Below are positions 49,177 to 58,616 of a stretch of 64,000 bases of DNA, in pieces (positions within the stretch are counted from its first letter, which is position 1; each line of letters opens with the position of its first letter). A program made the translations under genes and the position numbers. Origin of the DNA: an uncultured Bacteroidota bacterium (lineage in GTDB: Bacteria; Bacteroidota; Bacteroidia; Chitinophagales; Chitinophagaceae); assembly GCA_903924075.1 (NCBI GenBank), contig CAIYAG010000045.1, positions 3,804-67,803 of the forward strand, given 5' to 3'. Below the pieces are notes generated by a model. The model was not told the DNA's origin. It made no database searches and was given only the letters and a program-made list of their open reading frames with translations.

Positions 49177-50664
49177 TTATTTCTTCACTAATGCTTTTAC
49201 TTTCTCCATCTTCGGATCAACCCCTTTCCTGATCGCAAAAGAATTCGGCATAACTAAAATGTCTGGCATCACACCCCTGCCCATTGGTCTATTTTTATCT
49301 AACACCACTCTAAACAAAGGAAGTGTTGCTTGAATTTTGCTATTGGGTAATGTAATGGTCAGCAAATGAATGGCTGAGTTTCCATAATAACCACCACCCG
49401 ATTCTTCACCAACGATTTGCACGTTGTCTTGTCCTTTTAAACTCCCTGTAAAAACCGTGGCTGCACTAAAGGTTGATGGTCCCTGTAACAAATAAATTTT
49501 TCCATCAAAATGATGTGTAGAAAAGGGTTTATTCATTTTGGTTTCAAATCGGTGGTAATGATACCGCCCGTCTTCCATTTTAGTGGTGTTGAAATTTAAT
49601 GGAAACCAATACCAGATTGATTGATGAATATATTTTCCATAAGTGAAATTTCTGTTGATAGCCGCAATCGTATCTGCCACTTTAAAAGGATGCTTCGCTA
49701 AATATTTGGTGAGCAATATACTATTATTCAAATGGCCACCTCCATTATCTCTCAGATCGATGACCAGATTTTTTGATTGATGATCTTCGATCTGTTTGAA
49801 AGATCTGCGAACGAATTTTTGTAAACCATTCACCGAGAATCCAGCTAAATGCAGATAGGCTGTGCCCGTTGTATCATCGAATTTTAATGAGAGCTCGGCA
49901 TTTCTTCGCTGTTTTCTGAGCTCCTTTTTCGTTGGAACTTTATAGGCCGCCAATATTTTTTGGATAGAATCCATTTTCGATTTGTCAAAGACTGGCATTT
50001 TAAAAATGCGAACACGCTCTTTCCGCTCAGCACCAGTTGAATCGATATATCCAACAAGATAACTCGTATCTAAACCAAAAACATTTTTATACCATGCACC
50101 AAAATTATTGCTCACCCGCTGACTCTTATAGGTTGCCACATTACCATCGATGCTGATGTATTTATAAAAACTATCCAGCATTTCTCTATTGGTTCTGCCA
50201 TTGATAGAAGTAATAATAGCTCCTCTTCTAATTCCGGTAGATCTTGTATTAATACTGCCAGTTACTACGATGCTATCATCCCAAACCTTAACTGCTAATG
50301 GAAATTGTGGGGGCCTGATCTTTGCATTAGCTTTTGCAAAAGCTTTTGAGTTTAGCACAACCGTATGTCCACAATGGATCTGACTCACCAACGCCGCGAT
50401 CTTATTTCTAAATTGTACTTCATTCAGAGAATCATGAATACTACTAATGGTTTCAGCAAAATAGCCGTCCATTTTTTCTTTGGGTGTATACCAATAAAGG
50501 CTGGGGTGATTCGACTCTAGAATTTTTTCTAAAATTTGCGCATCTTCTCTGAGTGCAGCTGCATCAAATTTTTGATTGCTGTTATACTGGCTACTATGAG
50601 AACTACTGCAAGCCCAAAAAAAGAGCATGCAGATCAGCCCCATTAAATATTGAACTCTCTGCAT
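49177..50664 (-). CDS. S41-family peptidase lipoprotein
   Basis: Lipobox FWAC; IDLRDNGGG, TFSAA, VGEESGG, GVMPD. Confidence 0.85.
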   Translation of the reverse strand: MQRVQYLMGLICMLFFWACSSSHSSQYNSNQKFDAAALREDAQILEKILESNHPSLYWYTPKEKMDGYFAETISSIHDSLNEVQFRNKIAALVSQIHCGHTVVLNSKAFAKANAKIRPPQFPLAVKVWDDSIVVTGSINTRSTGIRRGAIITSINGRTNREMLDSFYKYISIDGNVATYKSQRVSNNFGAWYKNVFGLDTSYLVGYIDSTGAERKERVRIFKMPVFDKSKMDSIQKILAAYKVPTKKELRKQRRNAELSLKFDDTTGTAYLHLAGFSVNGLQKFVRRSFKQIEDHQSKNLVIDLRDNGGGHLNNSILLTKYLAKHPFKVADTIAAINRNFTYGKYIHQSIWYWFPLNFNTTKMEDGRYHYHRFETKMNKPFSTHHFDGKIYLLQGPSTFSAATVFTGSLKGQDNVQIVGEESGGGYYGNSAIHLLTITLPNSKIQATLPLFRVVLDKNRPMGRGVMPDILVMPNSFAIRKGVDPKMEKVKALVKK

Positions 50665-50673
50665 GCGTGATAA

Positions 50674-51705
50674 TTATTTTGTAAATGCATTCCAACCTTG
50701 CGCAGTGATTGGAAATTCGTTTCCACCTTTAGTTAAAATTTTGCAGCCGGCTTCAATTTCTGTCATGTATCCAATTACACTGATCTCTTCATTGAAAGTG
50801 ATCTTATCATAATCTTCCTGCTTCAACGTAAAGATCAACTCATAATCTTCGCCGCCATTTAGCGCACATACTGTTGGATCTAACCCAAATTTATAGGCAG
50901 CCCTTCTGCTTTCATCAGAGATCGGTAATTTCTCTTCGTAAATTCTACATCCTAAATTACTTTGTTTACACAAGTGCAACACTTCACTACTTACACCATC
51001 GCTCACATCCATCATAGCAGTTGGAACGATCTCATTCTTTTCAAAAAATTCGATGATCTCTTTTCTTGCTTCTGGTTTTAATAATCTACCTACGATATAA
51101 CTTTCGCCTTCAAGATCTGGTTGAATTTTTGGGTTCTCTAAATAGATCTGCTTTTCTCTTTCCATTAAGGTCAACCCTAAAAAAGCTGCTCCCAAATCTC
51201 CGCTAACGCAGATCAGGTCACCATTTTGAGCGGTACTGCGTTTCACAAATTTATCTGGTGTTACTTCACCTATTGCTGTCACAGAAATAATAAATCCTTT
51301 TTGAGAAGTAGAAGTATCGCCACCGATAAGATCAACGCCATGCTTTTCGCATGCCGCATAAATACCTTCATAAAATTCATTCAGAGCTTCCACGCTGATC
51401 CTATTACTGATCCCAATACTCACAGTAATCTGTGTAGGTGTGGCATTCATCGCATAGATATCACTCAAATTCACCATCACCGATTTATATCCCAAGTGTT
51501 TCAGTGGTGTATACATCAGATCAAAGTGAACACCCTCTAATAAAAGATCGGTAGTGATCACCGTTTGTTTTCCAAAATGATCGATCACTGCTGCATCATC
51601 ACCAACACCTAAAACAGTGCTGACATTTTGAATTTCAAAATTTTTTGTGAGATGATCTATCAACCCAAATTCGCCTAAGTCGGCTATCTCTGTTCTTTCT
51701 TCCAT
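50674..51705 (-). CDS. thiL: Thiamine-monophosphate kinase
   Basis: GEFGLI, GVGDDAAV, NLSDIYAM, GGDT, DVSDG, GGEDYEL. Confidence 0.95.
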   Translation of the reverse strand: MEERTEIADLGEFGLIDHLTKNFEIQNVSTVLGVGDDAAVIDHFGKQTVITTDLLLEGVHFDLMYTPLKHLGYKSVMVNLSDIYAMNATPTQITVSIGISNRISVEALNEFYEGIYAACEKHGVDLIGGDTSTSQKGFIISVTAIGEVTPDKFVKRSTAQNGDLICVSGDLGAAFLGLTLMEREKQIYLENPKIQPDLEGESYIVGRLLKPEARKEIIEFFEKNEIVPTAMMDVSDGVSSEVLHLCKQSNLGCRIYEEKLPISDESRRAAYKFGLDPTVCALNGGEDYELIFTLKQEDYDKITFNEEISVIGYMTEIEAGCKILTKGGNEFPITAQGWNAFTK

Positions 51706-51739
51706 AATTTAATTTAATGATTCTTAAAAATGCAAAGTG

Positions 51740-52528
51740 CTACTTCATATGCACTTCTCCGCCGTTCACGATCGCTAATAATTCATCGTGAATTAATCCA
51801 TTGGTTGCAATAATATGTGGTTGATACGGAGAATAATAATTTCCCTTAAAGTCGGTTACTTTACCTCCCGCTTCTTCCACCATTAAAAATCCTGCAGCAC
51901 TATCCCAAGCCTGTAACTGATGCTCATAAAATCCATCAAACCTTCCTGCTGCCACCCAACAAAGATCGATCGCTGCACTTCCTAATCTTCTTACTGGAAC
52001 GCCTTTACGAATTAATTTTTCGAATACTTGTAATGGACCATTGGGTGCATCCAAATACGTGTATGGAAATCCTGTTACCATCGAGCTTTTTACAACTTCT
52101 GTTTTGGTACTCACCTGAATTTTTTTACTATTCAAAGTGGCACCAAATCCTCTTTGCGCAAAAAAGAATTCTTTCATAAAAGGATTATACACTGCACCCA
52201 AAATCATTTTCCCAGCCTGCTCCACACCAATGCTTACACAACAAATAGGAATTCCATTTGCGAAATTGACCGTACCATCAATTGGATCAATGATCCATTT
52301 ATAAGTGCTGTCTTGAATGATCTCGCCTGCTTCTTCACTCAAAATATAATGATCAGGAAAATCATTTTTAATGACTTCAAAGATGGCTTTCTCTGAAGCA
52401 TGATCTGCTTCAGTTACCAAATTATTGATCCCCTCTTTATTGCTGATCTCAAATTTTCCATTGAAATAGCTTTGCATCACAGCAGCGCCTGTTTCGGCTG
52501 CTTTGATCAGTGTTTGCTTTAACATCAT
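51740..52528 (-). CDS. suhB: Inositol monophosphatase family (SuhB)
   Basis: LSEE, WIIDPIDGTVNF, RRLGSAA, WDSAAG; start ATG 52528 or 52525. Confidence 0.9.
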   Translation of the reverse strand: MMLKQTLIKAAETGAAVMQSYFNGKFEISNKEGINNLVTEADHASEKAIFEVIKNDFPDHYILSEEAGEIIQDSTYKWIIDPIDGTVNFANGIPICCVSIGVEQAGKMILGAVYNPFMKEFFFAQRGFGATLNSKKIQVSTKTEVVKSSMVTGFPYTYLDAPNGPLQVFEKLIRKGVPVRRLGSAAIDLCWVAAGRFDGFYEHQLQAWDSAAGFLMVEEAGGKVTDFKGNYYSPYQPHIIATNGLIHDELLAIVNGGEVHMK

Positions 52529-52634
52529 ATGCAAAAGTACCCCCGATTATCAGGATTATGAAAGATTTCGTGTGCAAATAAGCATCTTTGTGATAGCCGA
52601 ATTGTTATATCTTAATTCGTACAAGCAGATTTTC

Positions 52635-53780
52635 TTGGAACTATCGATCATTATAATCAACTACAACGTAAAATTCTTTCTAGAACAGTGTTTGCATACT
52701 GTTCTGAAAGCGGCTTCCCCAATCGAGGCCGAAATTTGGGTGGTTGATAATTGTTCATCAGATGGTTCCCTGACTTACTTAAAGCCCCGATTTCCCGAGG
52801 TTCATTTTATAGAAAATCAAAAAAATTCCGGATTTGGAGCCGCCAACAACCAAGCCCTGATGGCGTGTACGGGAGAATTTATCCTTTACTTAAACCCAGA
52901 CACCCTCTTGCCGGAAGACTGTTTATCAAAATGCCTGGCTTTTATCAAGACCATTCCCAGCTCCGGCGCCCTAGGCATTCGAATGCTTGATGGTTCGGGC
53001 AAATTTCTTCCTGAAAGCAAAAGGGCTTTCCCATCTCCCGTAACCGCTTTTTGCAAATTGGTGGGTCTTTCTGCTCTTTTTCCCAAATCAGCTTTCTTCA
53101 ACAGATATTCTTTGGGGCATTTGAGTGAGTATGAAAACCATCCGGTTGACGTACTTGCTGGTGCATTTATGCTGGTCAAAAAATCGGTACTGGATACCAC
53201 TGGGGCCTTTGATGAGCGGTTTTTTATGTACGGCGAAGACATCGATCTCAGTTATCGCATCCAAAAAGCAGGTTTTTACAACTACTATTTTTCGGGTTCT
53301 TCCATCATCCATTTCAAGGGCGAAAGCACCAGAAAAGGCAGTTTGAACTATGTATTGCTCTTCTATAATGCCATGCTTTTATTTGTTCGAAAAAACTATC
53401 GGGGTACCAAGGCCGGACTATTTGGCTTTTTTATTCAGCTGGCAATTGTATTTCGCGGTCTAATTTCTGTCATCTCCAAAATATTGGGTTTATTCCTAAA
53501 AAAAGGGCAAAAATCATCAAAAACAGACCAAAAACGAGCAGAATCGATGATTTTAGTGCCAAATATGGCAAAAGCACAAACCCTTAAATTGAACAAAAAT
53601 AGTATCCTTCTGTTTCTTGAATCCGAATCCTTTAACTGGAAGCAGATCATAGCGCAGGTGGAAGTTTTTAGTTGTACAAATGCTCAATTTCGCTTTCATG
53701 CCAGCAAAAGCAATAGTATTGTAGGAAGCGATTCCAAAGAAACGGAGGGCGAAACCCTAGCCGCTAATATCATTTCATAA
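52635..53780 (+). CDS. GT2 glycosyltransferase
   Basis: LSIIIINYN, VVDNCSSDGS, LNPDT, MYGEDIDL; likely TTG at 52635 (track ORF begins 52503). Confidence 0.88.
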   Translation: MELSIIIINYNVKFFLEQCLHTVLKAASPIEAEIWVVDNCSSDGSLTYLKPRFPEVHFIENQKNSGFGAANNQALMACTGEFILYLNPDTLLPEDCLSKCLAFIKTIPSSGALGIRMLDGSGKFLPESKRAFPSPVTAFCKLVGLSALFPKSAFFNRYSLGHLSEYENHPVDVLAGAFMLVKKSVLDTTGAFDERFFMYGEDIDLSYRIQKAGFYNYYFSGSSIIHFKGESTRKGSLNYVLLFYNAMLLFVRKNYRGTKAGLFGFFIQLAIVFRGLISVISKILGLFLKKGQKSSKTDQKRAESMILVPNMAKAQTLKLNKNSILLFLESESFNWKQIIAQVEVFSCTNAQFRFHASKSNSIVGSDSKETEGETLAANIIS

Positions 53781-53834
53781 GCGATTTTAAAGCATTTCCT
53801 TTAGCTTCGCGTAACTAATAACGTTGTTCTAGCG

Positions 53835-55361
53835 ATGGCAATACTTGATATCAAGCTCCCTAATTCCATTCTTAAAGCGCTACGCCTACCTCAAAATAAT
53901 CCGAGGAGGCAACAGTTACGCGTCTTAAAAAAAATGCTTAGGAAGGCCCGGTTTACCGAATTCGGACAAACCTATCGCTTCGACGACATTCTACTCAGCA
54001 AACACCTTGGTAAAAAATTTCAGGAACTCGTTCCTACCTATAATTATAATAAGATCTATAAAGAGTGGTGGCATAAGACCTTGGAAGGCAAGTCAGATAT
54101 CTGCTGGCCCGGCAAGATCAAATACTATGCGTTGAGTAGCGGAACAAGCGAATCGGCCAGTAAATTCCTACCCATCACCAACGACCTTTTAAGGGGCAAT
54201 AAAATTGCCATGATCAAACACCTGCTCACCCTTCGCAATTACGAAGACATCCCTTTGGGTGCTTTGGGCAGGGGTTGGCTTACCCTAGGTGGAAGTACGG
54301 ATCTTGAAAAAGGACCGGGTTATTACTCTGGCGACCTGAGCGGAATCACCCAGAAAAAATCGCCCTTCTGGTTTCAGCCCTTCTATAAACCGGGGAAAAA
54401 GATCGCCAAAGAAAAAGATTGGAATAAGAAACTCGAAGAGATCGTTGAAAAAGCGCCTGAATGGGATATCAGCTTTCTGGTTGGCGTACCCGCTTGGATC
54501 CAGATGTGTATGGAAATGGTGATCGAGCGCTACAAACTCAATAATATCCACGACATGTGGCCCAACCTCGCATTCTTTGTGCACGGAGGCGTAAGCTTCG
54601 AACCCTATAAAAAAGGATTCGAAAAATTATTGGGCAAGCCCATCACTTATATCGAAACCTATCTGGCTAGTGAAGGCTTTATTGCTTATCAAGACCGCCA
54701 ATATGCGCAGGGGATGAAACTCGTTACCAACGAACATATCTTCTTTGAATTCGTTCCTTTTGATGATATTAATTTCGACGCCAATGGCGATATGATCGAT
54801 AAACCTGAAGCACTCATGATCCATGAAGTGGAAGAAGGAAAAGATTATGCTTTATTAATTAGCACCACAGCAGGAACATGGCGTTACCTGATCGGCGATA
54901 CTGTTCGTTTCGTTGATAAAGAAAGATGTGAGATCATTATCACGGGAAGAACCAAACACTTTTTAAGCCTGGTTGGTGAACACCTGAGCGTAGACAATAT
55001 GAATAAAGCCATTCAATTGGCTAGTGAAGAAATGAATATCAGCATTCCTGAATTCACCGTTGCAGGTGTGCCTCATGGAAACTTCTTCGCACACCATTGG
55101 TATGTTGCATGTAATGATAAAGTAGATAATCTGTTGCTTGCAAAAAAAATCGACAAACACCTTTGTGAACTGAACGACGACTATGCAGTTGAACGCAGAA
55201 GCGCGCTGAAAGAAGTAAAACTAGATGTATTAAGCGAACAGGATTTTATGAATTTTATGACAGCGAAGGGAAAGGTAGGCGGACAGCATAAATTTCCTCG
55301 TGTATTAAAAGGCGGCATGTTGGCCGATTGGCAAAAGTTCTTAAAGGGCGAATCCATTTAA
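53835..55361 (+). CDS. GH3-family amido synthetase-like protein, copy 2
   Basis: LSSGTS, YLASEG, YLIGD, GQHKFPR. Confidence 0.9.
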   Translation: MAILDIKLPNSILKALRLPQNNPRRQQLRVLKKMLRKARFTEFGQTYRFDDILLSKHLGKKFQELVPTYNYNKIYKEWWHKTLEGKSDICWPGKIKYYALSSGTSESASKFLPITNDLLRGNKIAMIKHLLTLRNYEDIPLGALGRGWLTLGGSTDLEKGPGYYSGDLSGITQKKSPFWFQPFYKPGKKIAKEKDWNKKLEEIVEKAPEWDISFLVGVPAWIQMCMEMVIERYKLNNIHDMWPNLAFFVHGGVSFEPYKKGFEKLLGKPITYIETYLASEGFIAYQDRQYAQGMKLVTNEHIFFEFVPFDDINFDANGDMIDKPEALMIHEVEEGKDYALLISTTAGTWRYLIGDTVRFVDKERCEIIITGRTKHFLSLVGEHLSVDNMNKAIQLASEEMNISIPEFTVAGVPHGNFFAHHWYVACNDKVDNLLLAKKIDKHLCELNDDYAVERRSALKEVKLDVLSEQDFMNFMTAKGKVGGQHKFPRVLKGGMLADWQKFLKGESI

Positions 55362-55396
55362 GAAACGCATCATTAATATCGTTTTATTTATCAGCA

Positions 55397-56053
55397 ATGG
55401 TAGCAGCCCTCATTAAAGGTTTGGCATTAGGGATCCTTCTCGCAATTTCTGTGGGCCCTGTCATTTTTGCAATTATCAAACAAAGTATTAATCACGGTCA
55501 TAAAGCCGGATACGTTTTTGTTGCTGGTGTTTCTAGTAGCGACATAACCCTATTGCTCGTCTGCAATTTTTTTACCTCTCTTTTTGATACCGCTTTAAAA
55601 CATCAAACATTGATCGCTGTAACAGGCAGTTTATTTCTGATCGGAGTGGGCATCTATACCTTCTTTTTTAAGAAAGTAGTGGTGGATGAAGAGAATAATT
55701 TAAAGGAAAAGATTTTTCGAAAAAGAGATTGGGTGGCAACTTTCTTGTCGGGCTACTTTATGAATATGCTTAACCCTGGCGTATTTATTTTCTGGTTTGC
55801 ATGGTCGGCTGCGATATTAGCCGATTCAGTTAGTTATTCAAATCCTTTGCAATACCGCGCGGTTGTTTTTGGAACCTGTTTGATCTTTGTACTTGCCACC
55901 GATCTGCTGAAAGTGGCGCTGGCAGGCAAACTCAGACCAAAGCTCACAGTTAAAAATCTACACAATATCAATCGGCTCTCTGGATTGATTTTAATAGGAT
56001 TTGGGGTAGCACTCTGTTGGGGCGTGCTCAGTTTTGGGGCTAGACTAAAATAG
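55397..56053 (+). CDS. LysE/RhtB-family exporter
   Basis: AISVGP, six TMs, LNP motif; likely ATG at 55397. Confidence 0.85.
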   Translation: MVAALIKGLALGILLAISVGPVIFAIIKQSINHGHKAGYVFVAGVSSSDITLLLVCNFFTSLFDTALKHQTLIAVTGSLFLIGVGIYTFFFKKVVVDEENNLKEKIFRKRDWVATFLSGYFMNMLNPGVFIFWFAWSAAILADSVSYSNPLQYRAVVFGTCLIFVLATDLLKVALAGKLRPKLTVKNLHNINRLSGLILIGFGVALCWGVLSFGARLK

Positions 56054-56188
56054 CTTTAACGATATTTTGTTTTGTGAAGTTTACACATCAAACTATCTTT
56101 CAGTTCATGAAATGAGCCAAAACAAATTTTGATAGTATACAAAATGACTAAAGGCGAATTACATGTAACCAAAATCAATCATAGACAC

Positions 56189-56734
56189 ATGAAACTAACT
56201 GGCCTACTCATTTGCTGCATTTTTTCACTGTCTGTGATGGCGCAAAGAGATGTGCTTTTGTTGAAGCAAAATAGTCAGACACTACAATCATGGACGTCAG
56301 GTTCTTATATCCTTTTTCAATTCAGTAGCAAACAATGGATCGAAGGAATTATTAAATCCATTAAAAACGATTCTATTTTAATAGATCAAATTCAAGTGCG
56401 ACAGGTTGGAAATCAATTCGGACTTCCCACCATCGATACCGCACATTTCGGATTATTGAAACTACATATCAGCGAGATCTATGGCATGCCAAAAAAAGGT
56501 TCTGCCGGTAATCTGATCACCAACGGAAGTCTCTTTCAATTGGGAAGTGGTGCTTATATTTTTCTGAACGTGATCAATAGCCTCATAAAATCAGATCCTG
56601 TTTTTGGTTCAGACAATCTTCCCAAATTAGGGGTCGCTGCTGGTGTATTTGTGATAGGAAAAATTTTAGAAAAAACGCATAAATCCTATTTGCAGATGGG
56701 TAAAAAATATAGAATGACCACCATTCAAATGTAA
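56189..56734 (+). CDS. Exported/membrane hypothetical protein
   Basis: Signal peptide from ATG 56189 (MKLTGLLICC...); two C-terminal hydrophobic segments. Confidence 0.6.
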   Translation: MKLTGLLICCIFSLSVMAQRDVLLLKQNSQTLQSWTSGSYILFQFSSKQWIEGIIKSIKNDSILIDQIQVRQVGNQFGLPTIDTAHFGLLKLHISEIYGMPKKGSAGNLITNGSLFQLGSGAYIFLNVINSLIKSDPVFGSDNLPKLGVAAGVFVIGKILEKTHKSYLQMGKKYRMTTIQM

Positions 56735-56746
56735 AGTACAAACAAG

Positions 56747-57448
56747 ATGATTCGAAAGATATGGCGCACTACAAAAAAGATCTTGCTATGGATGTTTATA
56801 TCCTCGCTACTGTATGTGATCATTTGTAAATGGGTGATGCCACCAATCACAATTACTCAAATCACCAACAGCTTTGAATACGGATTAAAAAGAGATTATG
56901 TAAGTGGTTCAGCCATTCCTTCTAATGCGAAGCTAGCTGCTATTGCCAGTGAAGACCAGGCTTTCCCAGATCATATTGGTTTTGATTGGGATGCGATCGA
57001 AAAAAGTTTGAAGCCCAAGAAAAAAGGAAAAAAACAAAAGCTACCAATTGGTGCTGGCGCAAGTACTATTACACAACAGGTAGCTAAAAATGTTTTTCTT
57101 TGGCAGGGTGGTGGCATCACTAAATACATCCGTAAAATTCCGGAAGCTTATTTTACTATTTTGATAGAACTTATCTGGGGCAAACATCGCATCCTGGAAG
57201 TGTATTTGAATACCATTGAAATGGGACCAGGCATTTTTGGGATCGAAGCTGCGTCGCAACAATATTTTGGAAAACCAGCGAAGCAATTAAGCAGGGCCGA
57301 AGCTGCCATGATCATTGCATGCTTACCAAATCCAAAACGCTTTTCAGTAAAACCGATGAGCGGACGTGTAGGCTGGCGCTATCCTCAAATTCTGCAGCAG
57401 ATGCATAATATTGAAGACGATGAAGACATTCAATTATTGATAAAGTAA
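56747..57448 (+). CDS. mtgA: Monofunctional peptidoglycan transglycosylase
   Basis: ASEDQ, GASTITQQVAKN, EVYLN, LPNP. Confidence 0.92.
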   Translation: MIRKIWRTTKKILLWMFISSLLYVIICKWVMPPITITQITNSFEYGLKRDYVSGSAIPSNAKLAAIASEDQAFPDHIGFDWDAIEKSLKPKKKGKKQKLPIGAGASTITQQVAKNVFLWQGGGITKYIRKIPEAYFTILIELIWGKHRILEVYLNTIEMGPGIFGIEAASQQYFGKPAKQLSRAEAAMIIACLPNPKRFSVKPMSGRVGWRYPQILQQMHNIEDDEDIQLLIK

Positions 57449-57976
57449 TCTACTAACCGCATCAATCGCGGTTTGCTCTCTTTCCTCAAAATTCCCTTTG
57501 ATCTCAACCCAGGGAACCGATTGATTCACTAAGAGGTCTTTATAAATTTGATACAATTCTTTGCGTGGTCCGTCTTCCGGATATTCTCTTAAATCGTCTT
57601 GTACCCAGGGCAAGTCCACATCACACAAAAGATAGAGATCGTATTTTCTCTCGCAGATCTGTTCCAGAATAAAATGATGGCATTGATGAAATACGTATTC
57701 GCACCAGACCTTCATCACATACATGTCGGTATCAACAAATAAGACCGGATTTTTTTTACTCTCGATCAATTCATTGGTGTAACGATCTTCTAATATCAAT
57801 TGCGATTTTGCGATCTTCAACAGATCGGCATACTGATAGGCTTTACCATGGGTGGTAAGGTATTCACGTGCATATTCCGGACACCAGCTACTGCTAAAAT
57901 GTGTTGCAAGCATGGCACATAAGCTGCTCTTGCCGGTAGATTCTGGTCCTATTACAACTACTTTTTTTACTGTCAT
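57434..57976 (-). CDS. NadR-like nicotinamide-riboside kinase/ATPase domain
   Basis: GPESTGKS, EYAREY, DTD, DLPWVQDDLRE; coupled to pnuC. Confidence 0.85.
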   Translation of the reverse strand: MTVKKVVVIGPESTGKSSLCAMLATHFSSSWCPEYAREYLTTHGKAYQYADLLKIAKSQLILEDRYTNELIESKKNPVLFVDTDMYVMKVWCEYVFHQCHHFILEQICERKYDLYLLCDVDLPWVQDDLREYPEDGPRKELYQIYKDLLVNQSVPWVEIKGNFEEREQTAIDAVSRLLYQ

Positions 57977-58599
57977 ACCTTAACTGCTTTTTTTTGCCAG
58001 CTAATCAATCCCATTACCGCCAGGATCAATAACACTACAAACTGTACGCTGGTAAAAACATATCCCTTTATAAAGTACAACGGAATAGAAGCCATATTTG
58101 TTGCAATCCACCAGATCCAACTCTCCACTTTTTTTCTTGCCATCAACCACATGCCAGTATACGCGGTGGCACTGGCAAACGCATCAGCCCATGGAATTGC
58201 TTCAGGCGCAAATGCCTGCTTGGCCCATGTGAGCGAGAAAAAGATGGCGAAATAAAATGCGGCAAAAAACAACAGATGAGAGATCCATTCTTTTGCATTG
58301 CTATTGGTAATATGTAAAACGGCTTCGTGTTTTATCTGATCTTTTTTACTCCATAATACCCAACCATAAACACTCATCACAGTATAATAAAGATTAACAC
58401 TGGCCTCTCCTAAAAGGTGACCTTTCACACTGATGTAGATATAAATAATGGTATTTACCAAGCCAACCGGATACACCAAAATATTTTCCTTTCTGCTAAA
58501 CCATACACTACCTATTCCAGCAAACACACCTACAAATTCCAGAAATCCGGTTTGTTGAATGCCGCTAATAAGTTGTTCCCAAACTTGGTGTATCGTCAT
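57973..58599 (-). CDS. pnuC: Nicotinamide riboside transporter
   Basis: YPVGLVN, YGWVLW, WADAF, ARKKVESWIWW. Confidence 0.9.
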   Translation of the reverse strand: MTIHQVWEQLISGIQQTGFLEFVGVFAGIGSVWFSRKENILVYPVGLVNTIIYIYISVKGHLLGEASVNLYYTVMSVYGWVLWSKKDQIKHEAVLHITNSNAKEWISHLLFFAAFYFAIFFSLTWAKQAFAPEAIPWADAFASATAYTGMWLMARKKVESWIWWIATNMASIPLYFIKGYVFTSVQFVVLLILAVMGLISWQKKAVKV

Positions 58600-58616
58600 A
58601 ATCTTATTTTAGTAAA

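Noticed and set aside
51706-51739. TPP riboswitch for thiL
   Set aside because: Only 34 nt from suhB; no TPP motif.
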